From an uncultured virus (IMG/VR IMGVR_UViG_3300032135_000002) (Duplodnaviria > Heunggongvirae > Uroviricota > Caudoviricetes): a stretch of DNA of 64,000 nt. Position 1 is the first letter of the stretch, and every line of letters starts with the position of its first letter. The stretch lies in IMG/VR virus record IMGVR_UViG_3300032135_000002. The stretch is one strand, 5' to 3'. Shown piece after piece: positions 25,605-35,378 of the stretch. The notes under the pieces are model-generated. The model was not told where the DNA came from. It saw nothing but the letters and a program-made list of their open reading frames with translations, and searched no databases. The position numbers were made by a program, and so were the translations under genes.

Positions 25605-26630
25605 TCAGTACATGATGTGGGCGTTCTTCAGTGACCAGTCTGTGAAAGCGCGTGTCTCGCTAAGGGATTCATCACGGGTGACGACGTCTTTCATGAGCAG
25701 CACTTGGAACTCAGCAGGCATGCGACCGGTGTACTGGACCACACGCTCCATGTTGTCTTCGGTTGCTTTGGACGCAAGGCCAGTAGCCATTGCATAAAGC
25801 ATTGCGGGCTCTTCAGGTACTGGCGCTTTGCCGGGGTTCATCAGGACGGTGTCCAGATTGGGCAGGTTGCGGTGGTACTTCATGTAGCCAATGAACTCGG
25901 CGGCTGCGCCTTCGCCAATAATGCCTGAGTACAGCTCGTGCTCAATAGAGGGGTCAGGGCCAGCCTGCACAATATTGGACAGGAACTCGTACGAGCGCGG
26001 AGTAGCGAATGCCTGAGCATCTTTCAGACGCTGCATGCGATCACGCTCTTCTTTTGAGTCGTTACGCGCCTCAAATTCGTTGAGCAACAATGGACGGAAA
26101 CGGATGAAACCAATGATCTCGGTTGCAACGTTGGACTTAAGCGCCCAAGTGCACCAGTCGTCGTTGCTAACTTCGAAGTTCAAGTGAACGAACCGGTTTT
26201 TCAAAGCAGTCGACATCTGGTTAACGATTGCGCGGTCGGACGTACGGTTACCAGCAGCTACGATGGTCCAGCCGTCTGGGAGCTCATAATCACCGAGCTT
26301 ACGATCAAGCACCAGCTGGTATGCAGCAGCTTGGGTTGCCTGAGCAGCTGAGTTGATCTCGTCAAGAAACAAAATGCCGCGGCCTGAAGTAGGCAGGAAG
26401 TCGGGCACGTTCCAGATGGTCTTGCGGGTCTTGTTGTCGACGCTGGGCACACCACGCAAGTCAACTGGGTCAAGCTGGCTCAGCCGTAGATCGATCATTT
26501 CCATGTTGTGCTTGTCGGCTACCTGTTTGACGATCTGAGACTTACCAACGCCCGGGGATCCGTGGATCATGGCTGGTTGGTTGGTACGTACACAAACATC
26601 AAGAGCGGCGACTAATTGGGTAGGATGCAT
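25605..26630 (-). CDS. MoxR-like AAA+ ATPase
   Basis: GSPGVGKS, DLRGVP, LFLDEIN, AAGNR, ALKNRF, TPRS. Confidence 0.92.
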   Translation of the reverse strand: MHPTQLVAALDVCVRTNQPAMIHGSPGVGKSQIVKQVADKHNMEMIDLRLSQLDPVDLRGVPSVDNKTRKTIWNVPDFLPTSGRGILFLDEINSAAQATQAAAYQLVLDRKLGDYELPDGWTIVAAGNRTSDRAIVNQMSTALKNRFVHLNFEVSNDDWCTWALKSNVATEIIGFIRFRPLLLNEFEARNDSKEERDRMQRLKDAQAFATPRSYEFLSNIVQAGPDPSIEHELYSGIIGEGAAAEFIGYMKYHRNLPNLDTVLMNPGKAPVPEEPAMLYAMATGLASKATEDNMERVVQYTGRMPAEFQVLLMKDVVTRDESLSETRAFTDWSLKNAHIMY

Positions 26631-26666
26631 TTCATATCTCCGTGCATTTTAAGCATTTTGGGGGGT

Positions 26667-26849
26667 TTAGTGGGTGTAATTAACGTGATCTGGGCCGGGC
26701 GACACAATGTAACGAAGAGGCGGCGTTTCTTCGTGGTCATTCAGTTCGCGGCGCTTCATTTTTGCGATCTGTTTGTCTGCAAAATAGAGCCCGGGAACTG
26801 GGCGCTTGGTTTTGGTATCCGTAATTTGAAACAATCGTTTTTGTTCCAT
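26667..26849 (-). CDS. Small hypothetical protein
   Basis: AK..R..L...VSPGPDH pattern. Confidence 0.6.
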   Translation of the reverse strand: MEQKRLFQITDTKTKRPVPGLYFADKQIAKMKRRELNDHEETPPLRYIVSPGPDHVNYTH

Positions 26850-26860
26850 AATGAAGCCTG

Positions 26861-27214
26861 TTAGTGAGTGGTGGGTTTTAGTTCTTTGATCATCGTGATC
26901 AAATGCGGTGCAAGCTCTGCAATGGTCACGTCTACGTTGAACGATTGCTTTACTAGTTGCTGGACCATTGTCGCAACAAGGTGCAGACCTTCGTCGCGGT
27001 TTTCTTTTATGAACCCAGATAGGAATTCGCTAAGCAGATTTGTCATTTGCTCTGCATCACCGTCGGCGATGTTTGACGCGTGAATTCCCATGGGCTTGCC
27101 TTCATCGTCGAGGGCAATTTTACCTCCGAGCAATACAAGCAGATCGATTTCGCCTTGCTCTACACGGGCGGCAAAATCTTTAAAGCTGGCTTTGGTATCT
27201 TTTTCTAAGCTCAT
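26861..27214 (-). CDS. Hypothetical protein
   Basis: ATG 27214 with GAGG. Confidence 0.6.
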   Translation of the reverse strand: MSLEKDTKASFKDFAARVEQGEIDLLVLLGGKIALDDEGKPMGIHASNIADGDAEQMTNLLSEFLSGFIKENRDEGLHLVATMVQQLVKQSFNVDVTIAELAPHLITMIKELKPTTH

Positions 27215-27224
27215 AACGCGTTCC

Positions 27225-27524
27225 TCAGTGCTTGGTGATTTTATCGAGCATGTTTTTGACTGTGTCTTTAACACTGTCGCCGCCAACTTTTTCTCCTTTG
27301 TTATTTCTAGTTTGGTCGATGGCATGCGCCATAACTAGAAGAAATACTGGGTCTTCTTTGATCAGGCGAACTAACGCGTTAGCTAGTTCTTCATGCAGAT
27401 CTTCTTTTTCTCCACCAGCTAAAAACGCAGTGTTTTTCTCTGTAGAGACCAAGATAAAAGCGGATTTAATCTCTTCTCCTTCTACTTTGTTAAGCATTTC
27501 TGTTATTTCTTTACGTAAGTTCAT
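27225..27524 (-). CDS. Hypothetical protein
   Basis: ATGA coupling. Confidence 0.6.
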   Translation of the reverse strand: MNLRKEITEMLNKVEGEEIKSAFILVSTEKNTAFLAGGEKEDLHEELANALVRLIKEDPVFLLVMAHAIDQTRNNKGEKVGGDSVKDTVKNMLDKITKH

Positions 27525-27706
27525 AAGTCACCTGTTGAATTGATTTCGATGTGTCGGCGTCTAGCTTCTTGCATCATTTGGTTTAAAAAATGCTCTTGCG
27601 GGTGAGCGCGCCCTTCGTTCCTAAATTTGTAAGTACTGCAGGTTCTAGACAGGCTATAAATTTGTGCGACGAGGGTCGGGTTGGACATTTTCGTTACGTC
27701 TGGCAA
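27521..27706 (-). CDS. Small hypothetical protein
   Basis: SD GGAGGAG upstream. Confidence 0.5.
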   Translation of the reverse strand: MPDVTKMSNPTLVAQIYSLSRTCSTYKFRNEGRAHPQEHFLNQMMQEARRRHIEINSTGDL

Positions 27707-28244
27707 GCTCCTCCTCCATTACTTGAAGTGTTAGAAAAGACAGGCTTGTTTCTCCTGTCTGCAGTCTCACTCGCATTATTTGTTGTCTAAGATCCCTTAC
27801 TACCATGTTGAGGTGTGAGTTAGTCAGGTCTTTAACCTTGAACATTGAGACCTTGTTTTGGACATCTACAGATCGCCATGCTAAATCTCTCATATCTAAT
27901 TCTTCAGGTACTTTTACACCGAGAACAGCTTTGTATTCATCTATTCTGCGCAAAGCTTTTCCGAGTTCTTTTTGTAAACATACGTTTTTTCTTTGGAGAG
28001 CAGCGTTGGCATATTCCAAGTTGTTTAAGTAAAAACTCAGCTCGTCGGCGCTTTGATTAGTAAAAACACGGTAGATTGGTGTGAAGAATATGTTTGTTTC
28101 ATTGCCGGTTTTTTCTGCTGTGTAGCTTCTTATGTTATGACGCTTCACACATAAGAAGTGGCGTTCTTCTCCGTCCCACCGGCCTAATTCACCCCTTCCG
28201 TTTCGATAATACGCGCCGTGCTTTAGTTCTCTTACATCAATCAT
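27654..28244 (-). CDS. Hypothetical protein
   Basis: ORF in operon. Confidence 0.6.
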   Translation of the reverse strand: MIDVRELKHGAYYRNGRGELGRWDGEERHFLCVKRHNIRSYTAEKTGNETNIFFTPIYRVFTNQSADELSFYLNNLEYANAALQRKNVCLQKELGKALRRIDEYKAVLGVKVPEELDMRDLAWRSVDVQNKVSMFKVKDLTNSHLNMVVRDLRQQIMRVRLQTGETSLSFLTLQVMEEELARRNENVQPDPRRTNL

Positions 28245-28626
28245 TTTTAGGGGTCCTGTTCCAGATAAAACGTTTACCAAAGATCTGGATTCCGACAGTT
28301 TCTACGCGGTAAATCTCTATACATTTTTCAGGGTCCGGGTGTTTGTCAGCCCGACGCTGCATTTCTTTTGCAGAGATTCCGGGATCTTTGAGCATTGTGT
28401 AGCGATGTCCTTCTTCTAGATTATGCACGTAGATTCTTAGCACAGTACGCAAAACAGAGCTTTGTTCTTTGTTTAGCGCCCACCGTGCTGTTGTGTCAGC
28501 AAGCAAAGCGCTAATGAAACACAGCACAAAGAAAGCTAGCAATGAGTCTTCGGGAAGAAGCACCCAGATCAAGGCGCATACAGATATGTGGAGAGTCCAC
28601 TCTAAGACTTTGGCGTAGAGCTTCAT
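28237..28626 (-). CDS. Membrane protein
   Basis: Two TM segments; ATGA overlap with the primase stop. Confidence 0.55.
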   Translation of the reverse strand: MKLYAKVLEWTLHISVCALIWVLLPEDSLLAFFVLCFISALLADTTARWALNKEQSSVLRTVLRIYVHNLEEGHRYTMLKDPGISAKEMQRRADKHPDPEKCIEIYRVETVGIQIFGKRFIWNRTPKND

Positions 28627-30944
28627 ATTTTGTCTACCTCTTTGAGTGCGCCGGCTAGCCAAATAGGGTCTGCTTTCCAAGCGACGTCGATACCACGCAC
28701 GTTGCGGTTGTCTTTCCATACTTGAGTCAGGTGAACTCTGTGGTGTTTGAGCAACGCTGTGAACTTATGCGGGCTTTGCGGCATGTTGCCTATGCACCAG
28801 TCCAGAAGAACAAACAGGTCGTCTCGAGTCAGCACAGCGGGCTGATCTTCTATGATCTCTTTCATCAAGACTTTGAAGCCCTCGACTTTCATGGTCGACA
28901 GGGCGTTCATTTCTTTGTTGTTCGTTGGCAAGTGGTCCCACAAGAACTGCATGTCGCCGGCGTACAACGCGTCAACGACTGTGTCGATGGCTGTGCGGTT
29001 GATGTCGATGAGCATTTTGCGCGCGTCGCTGATTAGCGGCTTGCGTGCTTTATCTGGGTTAGCTTTAAAATTCATTAGCCAGCGGTAAAATGTAGCGAGC
29101 TCCCGCGGAATCTTGTCGTCTACTTCTGTGGCTGTCAGGCTGATCGGGTCGTTCTGATACGGAGCGACGTTAAAACGTCTGTCGTCCGGAGCTACTTCCA
29201 CTGGACCCGGTTTGTTCGAAGCAAAGATCATACTGGAGAAGTTTTCAGCCATGTACGGCGGAGAGTACATTTTGCGTATGGAAATCGTCGGCTCGACGAT
29301 CAGGTTTTTTAGCTTCGCCGTGATCTTGTTGTGGTACAGACTTTTGCCAGCTTCGATCTCGTCTATAAACACCAAGAATTTGTTTTCCATGAATCCTGTG
29401 AACTCACTGTCTAGCTCGTCCATGCGCTTAGACACGACGTTAGGCTCGTTGAGCAAGGGCGTCAGTATGTTGTGGAACAGAACCCCCTTGCCTGTACCTT
29501 GGGTGCCTTGCCATACCCATGCAGTCCCTGTGCGGGTCTTGAACTGCACAATAACGGCAAGCCAGTTTAGGAAATGGTCAATGGTTCTCTGATCGTGGCC
29601 CATAACATGCTCGATGACGTACTTGATTGTCGACGGTATGTTCTTGGGCTTGGCGGGCGCCAGTGCTTCAAACTCACTGGGCGCGTACATGTTCAGCTCG
29701 TGCTTGTCAGCGTCTACGACTTTGGCAGAGTGTGGGTTCCAGATTAGGTCCCAGTCAGGTACACACTCGCCGAGAGGCTGGCCGTGCTGCTTCATAAAGT
29801 GCCTGAGCTGGGACTCGGACTTGGCCATGGCCAGAACTAATTTCTCAGTGCCTGTGTCGTAAGTCCCGTTGTAATAGTTGCTCGAACGAAAATCTCTGAA
29901 GGCCAGATAAATCAGGCCTTTTGAATTTGGGGCGTAGTTTGCTGTCTGCTGCTTGAGCTGAGCCCAGTAGTCGGGTAACAGCTCTTCGGTACGGTAGACA
30001 GGTTCGCCTTTGAAGTTGTACACATAGTCGGGGTTATTCTCCGGATGGTAGTAAGCCCATGAATCTCCTCCGTTAAGGTTGAAGTACACAAATCCGCGCT
30101 CTACCCTGACATCGGTCACGGTCGAGGCATCTGGATTGGCCATGTATTCCACAGTTCCGGCAAATTTGTACTTCGTGACTTTGCGCTTGGGCATGCCCGT
30201 CGCTACTCGGATCTCGTTTACCCGGGCGTCGATCCGTTGTCGCAAAGCGTCGCGCGTCGGGATTGGATAGGGCACTTTGAGCCTGCGGCTCTTCTTTTTT
30301 ACAAACTGGATCCGCTGGTTTCCGGGGAACGGGTCGGTAATTCCTTTCCCGATTTGAGGCGGTGCGATATACAACAGCTTGTCGTTTTGACATGTGGTAA
30401 TGTCCAGCGGGAATTTAAGGGCGTTCCCTGTTTTGGTTAGCTCAAGCTGGTTGCTCATGGCGACGATTGAAAGATTGAGGTCCATGAGCCAGTGTTTCAG
30501 CAACTGTGGATGCTGGGGCTGGGCTAGAAGCATGAATATGTGGCAGCGAAACCCAGCGTTGGCTTCTATGCCCATGCTAGAAGACCACTGCAGAATGTAG
30601 TCCACTTCTTGGCAGCCGATGGCAGTGAGGAATAAGTCGACGGTCTGGAAGTTGTCTACGCCGTCGAGATCCAGACAGATCCAGTCGGTTTTTTCGTCTG
30701 GGTTTGTGGAGCCGGCGCGGGATTCTTTGACAAGGGGCCTAGCAATATTGCCCTTGAGCATGCAGTTACCAAGCGCTGCATGCTTTTTCATGGCGACTTC
30801 AAGGTGGGCTAAATCGGACACAGTTTCGACGTGGCTAGAAACTTCGTAAACGAACGGGTAGCTGTGCTTTTCTAGGTCTCCATTGCTGTCTAATTCGTAT
30901 CTTTTTACTATGGCTTTTTCTGCAGACAGAAATACATAGTCCAT
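28623..30944 (-). CDS. Primase-SF3 helicase (DUF5906-type)
   Basis: LDLD...H prim-pol-like N-domain; GTQGTGKG, FIDE, FASN, DDRRF. Confidence 0.88.
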   Translation of the reverse strand: MDYVFLSAEKAIVKRYELDSNGDLEKHSYPFVYEVSSHVETVSDLAHLEVAMKKHAALGNCMLKGNIARPLVKESRAGSTNPDEKTDWICLDLDGVDNFQTVDLFLTAIGCQEVDYILQWSSSMGIEANAGFRCHIFMLLAQPQHPQLLKHWLMDLNLSIVAMSNQLELTKTGNALKFPLDITTCQNDKLLYIAPPQIGKGITDPFPGNQRIQFVKKKSRRLKVPYPIPTRDALRQRIDARVNEIRVATGMPKRKVTKYKFAGTVEYMANPDASTVTDVRVERGFVYFNLNGGDSWAYYHPENNPDYVYNFKGEPVYRTEELLPDYWAQLKQQTANYAPNSKGLIYLAFRDFRSSNYYNGTYDTGTEKLVLAMAKSESQLRHFMKQHGQPLGECVPDWDLIWNPHSAKVVDADKHELNMYAPSEFEALAPAKPKNIPSTIKYVIEHVMGHDQRTIDHFLNWLAVIVQFKTRTGTAWVWQGTQGTGKGVLFHNILTPLLNEPNVVSKRMDELDSEFTGFMENKFLVFIDEIEAGKSLYHNKITAKLKNLIVEPTISIRKMYSPPYMAENFSSMIFASNKPGPVEVAPDDRRFNVAPYQNDPISLTATEVDDKIPRELATFYRWLMNFKANPDKARKPLISDARKMLIDINRTAIDTVVDALYAGDMQFLWDHLPTNNKEMNALSTMKVEGFKVLMKEIIEDQPAVLTRDDLFVLLDWCIGNMPQSPHKFTALLKHHRVHLTQVWKDNRNVRGIDVAWKADPIWLAGALKEVDKI

Positions 30945-30999
30945 ACAATGAACCCCCTAGAAAATTTTTACCGCGGTCGATAAGCTTACGCTTGTGATA

Positions 31000-31197
31000 T
31001 CAGCTGTGCCAGATAATTATGCGCTCTGCCTCAGTCGGCATGGCTCTGGCGATTCGGCTGAGAGTAGACAGCGTAGGGTTGTGCTCTCCACGTTCGATCT
31101 TAGATAGGGCCGATACGGGGATTCCCGTTGCGTCGCTAAGATCTTGAAGCGTAAGGCTAAGAGCTTCTCGAGCGCTTTTTATTCTGAGGTGGTACAT
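31000..31197 (-). CDS. XRE-family HTH regulator
   Basis: LTLQDLS..TGI.VSALSKIERG..NPTLSTL. Confidence 0.88.
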   Translation of the reverse strand: MYHLRIKSAREALSLTLQDLSDATGIPVSALSKIERGEHNPTLSTLSRIARAMPTEAERIIIWHS

Positions 31198-31336
31198 TGC
31201 TAATCTCCGGAGGAAATTTGTTTTTTGCGGATAGCGAGTTCTTCAGGGGTTTTGTGTTTGAACAGCATAGTGTTATGGCCTTTCAAATACATGGCCGTGT
31301 CACAAGCCCAAACTACAGATACGAAAATCCAAAAAC

Positions 31337-31732
31337 CTAACATAAGGTCCCTCCTAGTTTTTTTACTAGTTTACGAACTAGTTTATTGGCTCCCCCTTCT
31401 CTTAACGATACTACTTGGCTGTACAGGTTTTGGGGGAGCGCTGGATGAGTAAACTCGCTTCTATTTAAAGCGATTGGGTATTCTCTCTCTATTACCCCAT
31501 AAAAAAGAGCGCAAGGGGTACTAAAACCCGGGCTGGTGCCATGTAGAAGCGCTTCGTTGGTATGGTCTTCTGGTGGTTTCTGCTTTTTGAGGCAGTTCTC
31601 TGACCATACGTTTCTGTTTTCTCTGCCTTTAGAAGCTATCCCTACCAGTACTCGATACCTGCACCCTGCGCAGGTAAAATTCTCGCCTTTGAGGCGGCGA
31701 GGTATAAGTTCTTGCGCAGTCTGCATTTCCAT
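31337..31732 (-). CDS. Cys4 protein, paralog family member
   Basis: LKGENFTCAGCRYRVL...WSENCLK...PCALF. Confidence 0.7.
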   Translation of the reverse strand: MEMQTAQELIPRRLKGENFTCAGCRYRVLVGIASKGRENRNVWSENCLKKQKPPEDHTNEALLHGTSPGFSTPCALFYGVIEREYPIALNRSEFTHPALPQNLYSQVVSLREGGANKLVRKLVKKLGGTLC

Positions 31733-31737
31733 TTTCG

Positions 31738-32169
31738 CTATTCCTCGTCGTAAGAAACAATTCCTACTACTGTCGCTTTTTGTGTTGGGACCAGCCTACG
31801 CAACATTTTCCGAGTGCCTTTTTCGTCCAGCCCAACCAGCTCTAAGCTCATGGTTTTAGCAGGGATTGCAGTATGACTAATTTTTATACTGCAGTGTTCT
31901 TCTGATTCTGGCGAACCATAAAAAAGTCTGCATGGCGTTTCAAAATCAATGCTAGGTTCTGATAACGTACCTATTTTAGAATGATCAGCAGGCAGTTTCC
32001 GTCCTTTTAAGCAATTTTCTGTCCACACTGAGTCTTCTTTTGAGTCTTCTTTTGAGTCTTCTTCCGACGAAATTAAGCCTAAAAGCACCCTGTACCGGCA
32101 TCCTGAGCAAGTAAAAGTCTCGCCTTTAAGGCGCGCCGCTGTAAGTTGCTGAGCAGTTCGCATTTTCAT
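31738..32169 (-). CDS. Cys4 protein, paralog family member
   Basis: LKGETFTCSGCRYRVL...WTENCLK...PCRLF. Confidence 0.7.
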   Translation of the reverse strand: MKMRTAQQLTAARLKGETFTCSGCRYRVLLGLISSEEDSKEDSKEDSVWTENCLKGRKLPADHSKIGTLSEPSIDFETPCRLFYGSPESEEHCSIKISHTAIPAKTMSLELVGLDEKGTRKMLRRLVPTQKATVVGIVSYDEE

Positions 32170-32172
32170 GGC

Positions 32173-32532
32173 TTACGTCCCTGAAGTAAAAGGTGACTCG
32201 GTTTTTGTTTTCTTTTCTGGCTGGTGCCATGTGTCTGTGGTTTTGGGCTCTAGTGCGAGCTGCTGTACGCGTTCAAAGACATGGAATACCAAACTATCGT
32301 TTTCAATCAGCGCTGTGCCGACGTATTTCAGGTTTTCGGAGTTATTGATACGGTGCCCGGTACCGTGCACTTGGAAAAAGCGCTTTTCTTTTGGAGCGTC
32401 TGGGTCTACAAGAGCCCAGATATACAGTTGGTTGTACTGGCTCTTAGCACTAAGCACCTTAGCGCCTTGAGGCATGTCGAAGGCTGCGTTTTGGGACAGT
32501 CTGTACTTCCAGATTTCTTTAGTATTCTCCAT
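32173..32532 (-). CDS. Conserved small phage protein
   Basis: IWKY...MPQGAKVL...WALVD...GTGH...YVGT...VFHVFE. Confidence 0.7.
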   Translation of the reverse strand: MENTKEIWKYRLSQNAAFDMPQGAKVLSAKSQYNQLYIWALVDPDAPKEKRFFQVHGTGHRINNSENLKYVGTALIENDSLVFHVFERVQQLALEPKTTDTWHQPEKKTKTESPFTSGT

Positions 32533-32908
32533 CTTTGATCCCCTTGAGGCCTTTCATGTTTCGGGAAGCGGCAAACGGTAAAACAGCGTCGGTATAAGCT
32601 TCCCGAACATCGAGCGCATAAATTTGCCCTTGCTTGTTACTAGGGCGGTATATTCTGTAATCGTCTCCTCTGTCTACTGCTACTGAACGCCCTTTGAATA
32701 ATGGGCAGATGTGCTTAAATACAGGCGACGTTGCACTTAGCGATTCAAAATCGTTGTGGCTTTGTGGAGGGTGTGTTTCTTTTACGCAATTCTCCGTCCA
32801 TTCGGCTTCTTGCATTAAAAGCACCCGATACACACACCCTGCACAGGTCACGTTTTTGCCTTGCAGCTTGTCACTGGCAATCTGCGCGTAGCTTTTTAGC
32901 TTTTGCAT
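32519..32908 (-). CDS. Cys4 protein, paralog family member
   Basis: LQGKNVTCAGCVYRVL...WTENCVK...ICPLF. Confidence 0.7.
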   Translation of the reverse strand: MQKLKSYAQIASDKLQGKNVTCAGCVYRVLLMQEAEWTENCVKETHPPQSHNDFESLSATSPVFKHICPLFKGRSVAVDRGDDYRIYRPSNKQGQIYALDVREAYTDAVLPFAASRNMKGLKGIKDGEY

Positions 32909-32910
32909 GG

Positions 32911-33345
32911 TTATTTAGCAAGCTCCGCGGCGTACTCCAATAAGAACAGCTTAGGGGCAAGCCAGATCTGGAGAGGGATCATAAAATCCAATATGTATGC
33001 GAGGCTGACGATAGTTGCCCCAAATTGAACAACGCTTAGTACGAGGCAAACTTCGTGCAGGTCGCCTCGAATGTTTCTGATTAGCGTTTCAACAAAACGG
33101 GGGTGGTCTTTTGTGCTGTCGGGGGCAGGAGTTTTCTTCCAACCAAAGCGCCACGCTGCCCAGAAAGTCAGGACTAATAGGAAAAGGCCAAAGAGCCCGC
33201 TTACTATTCCTTCTACAACGCTCCACATCAGTAGTTGTTGGATGACGTCTGGAATCTGCTCGCTGCCGAAAGTCACGGTTTGGTCGATGCCGTTGTTGAG
33301 TTTGTCGAGGAACTCTTTTAATGCGTTTTCAGTTGCTGGGTTCAT
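32911..33345 (-). CDS. Membrane protein
   Basis: QIPDVIQQLL.W...IWLAPKLFLLEYA; two TMs. Confidence 0.7.
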   Translation of the reverse strand: MNPATENALKEFLDKLNNGIDQTVTFGSEQIPDVIQQLLMWSVVEGIVSGLFGLFLLVLTFWAAWRFGWKKTPAPDSTKDHPRFVETLIRNIRGDLHEVCLVLSVVQFGATIVSLAYILDFMIPLQIWLAPKLFLLEYAAELAK

Positions 33346-34058
33346 GACGTCGTCTCCAGTAGTTCATTTGCTAGCGCGTAGAGCATGATCTCTGATGCGC
33401 GGTCGCTGTTTAGCCTCGCTACGTAGAATCCAATGCCAGCGGCTTCGATTGTTATTCTGCTTTCTGATTCGCGCGTAATTTTCCAGCCTTTGGGGATGGC
33501 GCTTTTGGCAGCTAGCTTTTGGTCGCACTGGACGCACGGGGCTACGTTATGGTGTCCGCATAACATTTTTCTTTCCCCTGATGTGTGGCTAAGCGCGCTG
33601 TCTAGAGAGATTGCTTTACGCTCTGCATATCCAGCGGCGACTCGCAAAGTAGCGGCAGTATCTGATTTATAGCTCCCGCATTCATCGGAAAGCCTGATAA
33701 TTCCTTTCGCTGTTTCCCTCACCGCATCAGCTTTCTGCCGCAATAACCATGCGGTAGACGAATTTTTGCTAAGCGCGTTGCCCATACGGCACAACGAGGC
33801 GTAGTTTTCTTCTGTGTTGGCGTCTGCTTGGATGATGTCGACAGCGTCTTTTAAAGCTATTGTTAGCTCGTGCAGCTTGTAATTAACACCGAGCTGCATG
33901 CCGAACTCGTGCGGGTCATGGTCGATCTTCCAATCTGCGCACATCGATGTAAGCCATTCGTTATGCTGGCTAACGGCTAAGTGCCACGGTGTCCAGTAGC
34001 CGTTGTCTGTCGGAACGGCTATATTTTGGTCGATGTTGTATCTAGGTAACTTGGGCAT
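33342..34058 (-). CDS. Hypothetical protein
   Basis: SD AGGAG; long ORF. Confidence 0.6.
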   Translation of the reverse strand: MPKLPRYNIDQNIAVPTDNGYWTPWHLAVSQHNEWLTSMCADWKIDHDPHEFGMQLGVNYKLHELTIALKDAVDIIQADANTEENYASLCRMGNALSKNSSTAWLLRQKADAVRETAKGIIRLSDECGSYKSDTAATLRVAAGYAERKAISLDSALSHTSGERKMLCGHHNVAPCVQCDQKLAAKSAIPKGWKITRESESRITIEAAGIGFYVARLNSDRASEIMLYALANELLETTS

Positions 34059-34258
34059 ATTTCTATTACTCCTCTCGGGAAATATTGCATGTCTGGCTCC
34101 TCGGAATACAGGAAGCAGAACTTAGGGCCGAAGAGCTCGAAGGCGATTTTTCTAGCGTCTTCGTAGCTTGAAGCCGGGAAGCTGGCTACTGAGTCTTTGT
34201 CGAATACCTGCTTACCGACTTCGTGTCTGTGCACTTGGCCGAACGTTACGTAGTACAT
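34019..34258 (-). CDS. Hypothetical phage protein
   Basis: YVTFGQ.H...AR...FG..FCF.Y. Confidence 0.6.
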   Translation of the reverse strand: MYYVTFGQVHRHEVGKQVFDKDSVASFPASSYEDARKIAFELFGPKFCFLYSEEPDMQYFPRGVIEICPSYLDTTSTKI

Positions 34259-34422
34259 AACCGTTCCATTTTAAGGCTGCTGATTAGAAGATTTTGTTGA
34301 ATCTGAGTGACTACGACGTAGATAAGTAGCGTTTGGATTACCTGTAGCTCAGTGCCGAAAAACACCATGAAGGCTAAAGATAAAAGAGAGATTGCTTGCA
34401 GGATAAGTACAAAGGTTTTCAT
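34246..34422 (-). CDS. Small membrane protein
   Basis: Hydrophobic; TAATG coupling. Confidence 0.5.
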   Translation of the reverse strand: MKTFVLILQAISLLSLAFMVFFGTELQVIQTLLIYVVVTQIQQNLLISSLKMERLCTT

Positions 34423-34604
34423 TACACATACCCCGAGTATTTTCCTAGGTCCTGTTCGGCATAACACCCGAAACAGACGAGTAATAGAAGCACTGCAGTT
34501 AGGACTGCATAGCCCCACCCTGCTTGAAAAGCGACAAGGGCTATAACGGATAAGAAGGCCAGTCGGCCAACCCAAAGAAAAATTTTTAATAGGCGGTTAC
34601 TCAT
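34422..34604 (-). CDS. Small membrane protein
   Basis: Two TMs; SD AAGGAG. Confidence 0.55.
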   Translation of the reverse strand: MSNRLLKIFLWVGRLAFLSVIALVAFQAGWGYAVLTAVLLLLVCFGCYAEQDLGKYSGYV

Positions 34605-34761
34605 CAGGGCATTCTCCTTTGTAAGGTGGCCAGCCGTACTCGCCTGAGGTTTCGTGGTGGATCTGTACCATTTCGCAGTACAGGTCGTGCTCAGAGGCTG
34701 GGTCCGGAGCAAGCGTGAGGCCAAGCACTACGAAACCTAGGACTGCGAGGATAAGTGGCAT
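34597..34761 (-). CDS. Small exported/membrane protein (54 aa, not in ORF track)
   Basis: MPLILAVLGFVVLGL...YCEMV...GWPPYKGEC. Confidence 0.6.
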   Translation of the reverse strand: MPLILAVLGFVVLGLTLAPDPASEHDLYCEMVQIHHETSGEYGWPPYKGECPDE

Positions 34762-34964
34762 ACTAAGCCCTCTATTTCTGTCGATTTGAGATCCGATGCG
34801 TAGATTAGAACGGCTTGCCCAACAGCTCGGTAAACTGCTCTTGGGTGCCGCTGTTCAAAAAGTGGGCATGAGGACGTGTCTGTTTTTCGCTCGCAAGTTT
34901 GCGTACAGAAGTATTTTGGGGAGTTTTTGTTTTTGATGACAGCTGCCCAGTAGTTCCTTTGAGC

Positions 34965-35273
34965 TTAGCGACCGCTGCTTTTGTGGTGTTCATACAAGGC
35001 TCCAAGATCTGAGTCACTAAGTTCTGGGGAGTGGAAGAATGCGCGGGACTCTTTTCGCCCGTGCACCCATTTTTGCCTGCCGTTTATAAGACCCTCAAAA
35101 TCTGAGCACAAAGTCTTGTCAGTTTTAAGTTCTAAGTGCTTTGCGCAGTAAGCGATCAGGCTTGGGCGCACTCCTTTCTCATGTTTTGAGATCGTTTGCG
35201 CATGATATTTACAGTCGCGGCAGTCGATTTTGGCGCCTTTTAGCTTCGCTACGAGGGCTTTTTCGAGGTTCAT
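34965..35273 (-). CDS. Divergent Cys4 protein
   Basis: LVAKLKGAKIDCRDCKY...YCAKH...LCSDF; weak SD. Confidence 0.55.
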   Translation of the reverse strand: MNLEKALVAKLKGAKIDCRDCKYHAQTISKHEKGVRPSLIAYCAKHLELKTDKTLCSDFEGLINGRQKWVHGRKESRAFFHSPELSDSDLGALYEHHKSSGR

Positions 35274-35378
35274 AGGGCAAAAACCGTAGTTTGGAGGGCT
35301 ATTTTGCTCTGTTTTAGGCCCTTTTTTAGGGGTAAAAACAGGATTCACTTTTTGAGCACCGATATCGGCATTTTCGAC

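Noticed and set aside
31000..31197. XRE HTH as evidence of a lysogeny module
   Set aside because: No integrase, att site or host genes are visible in the window.
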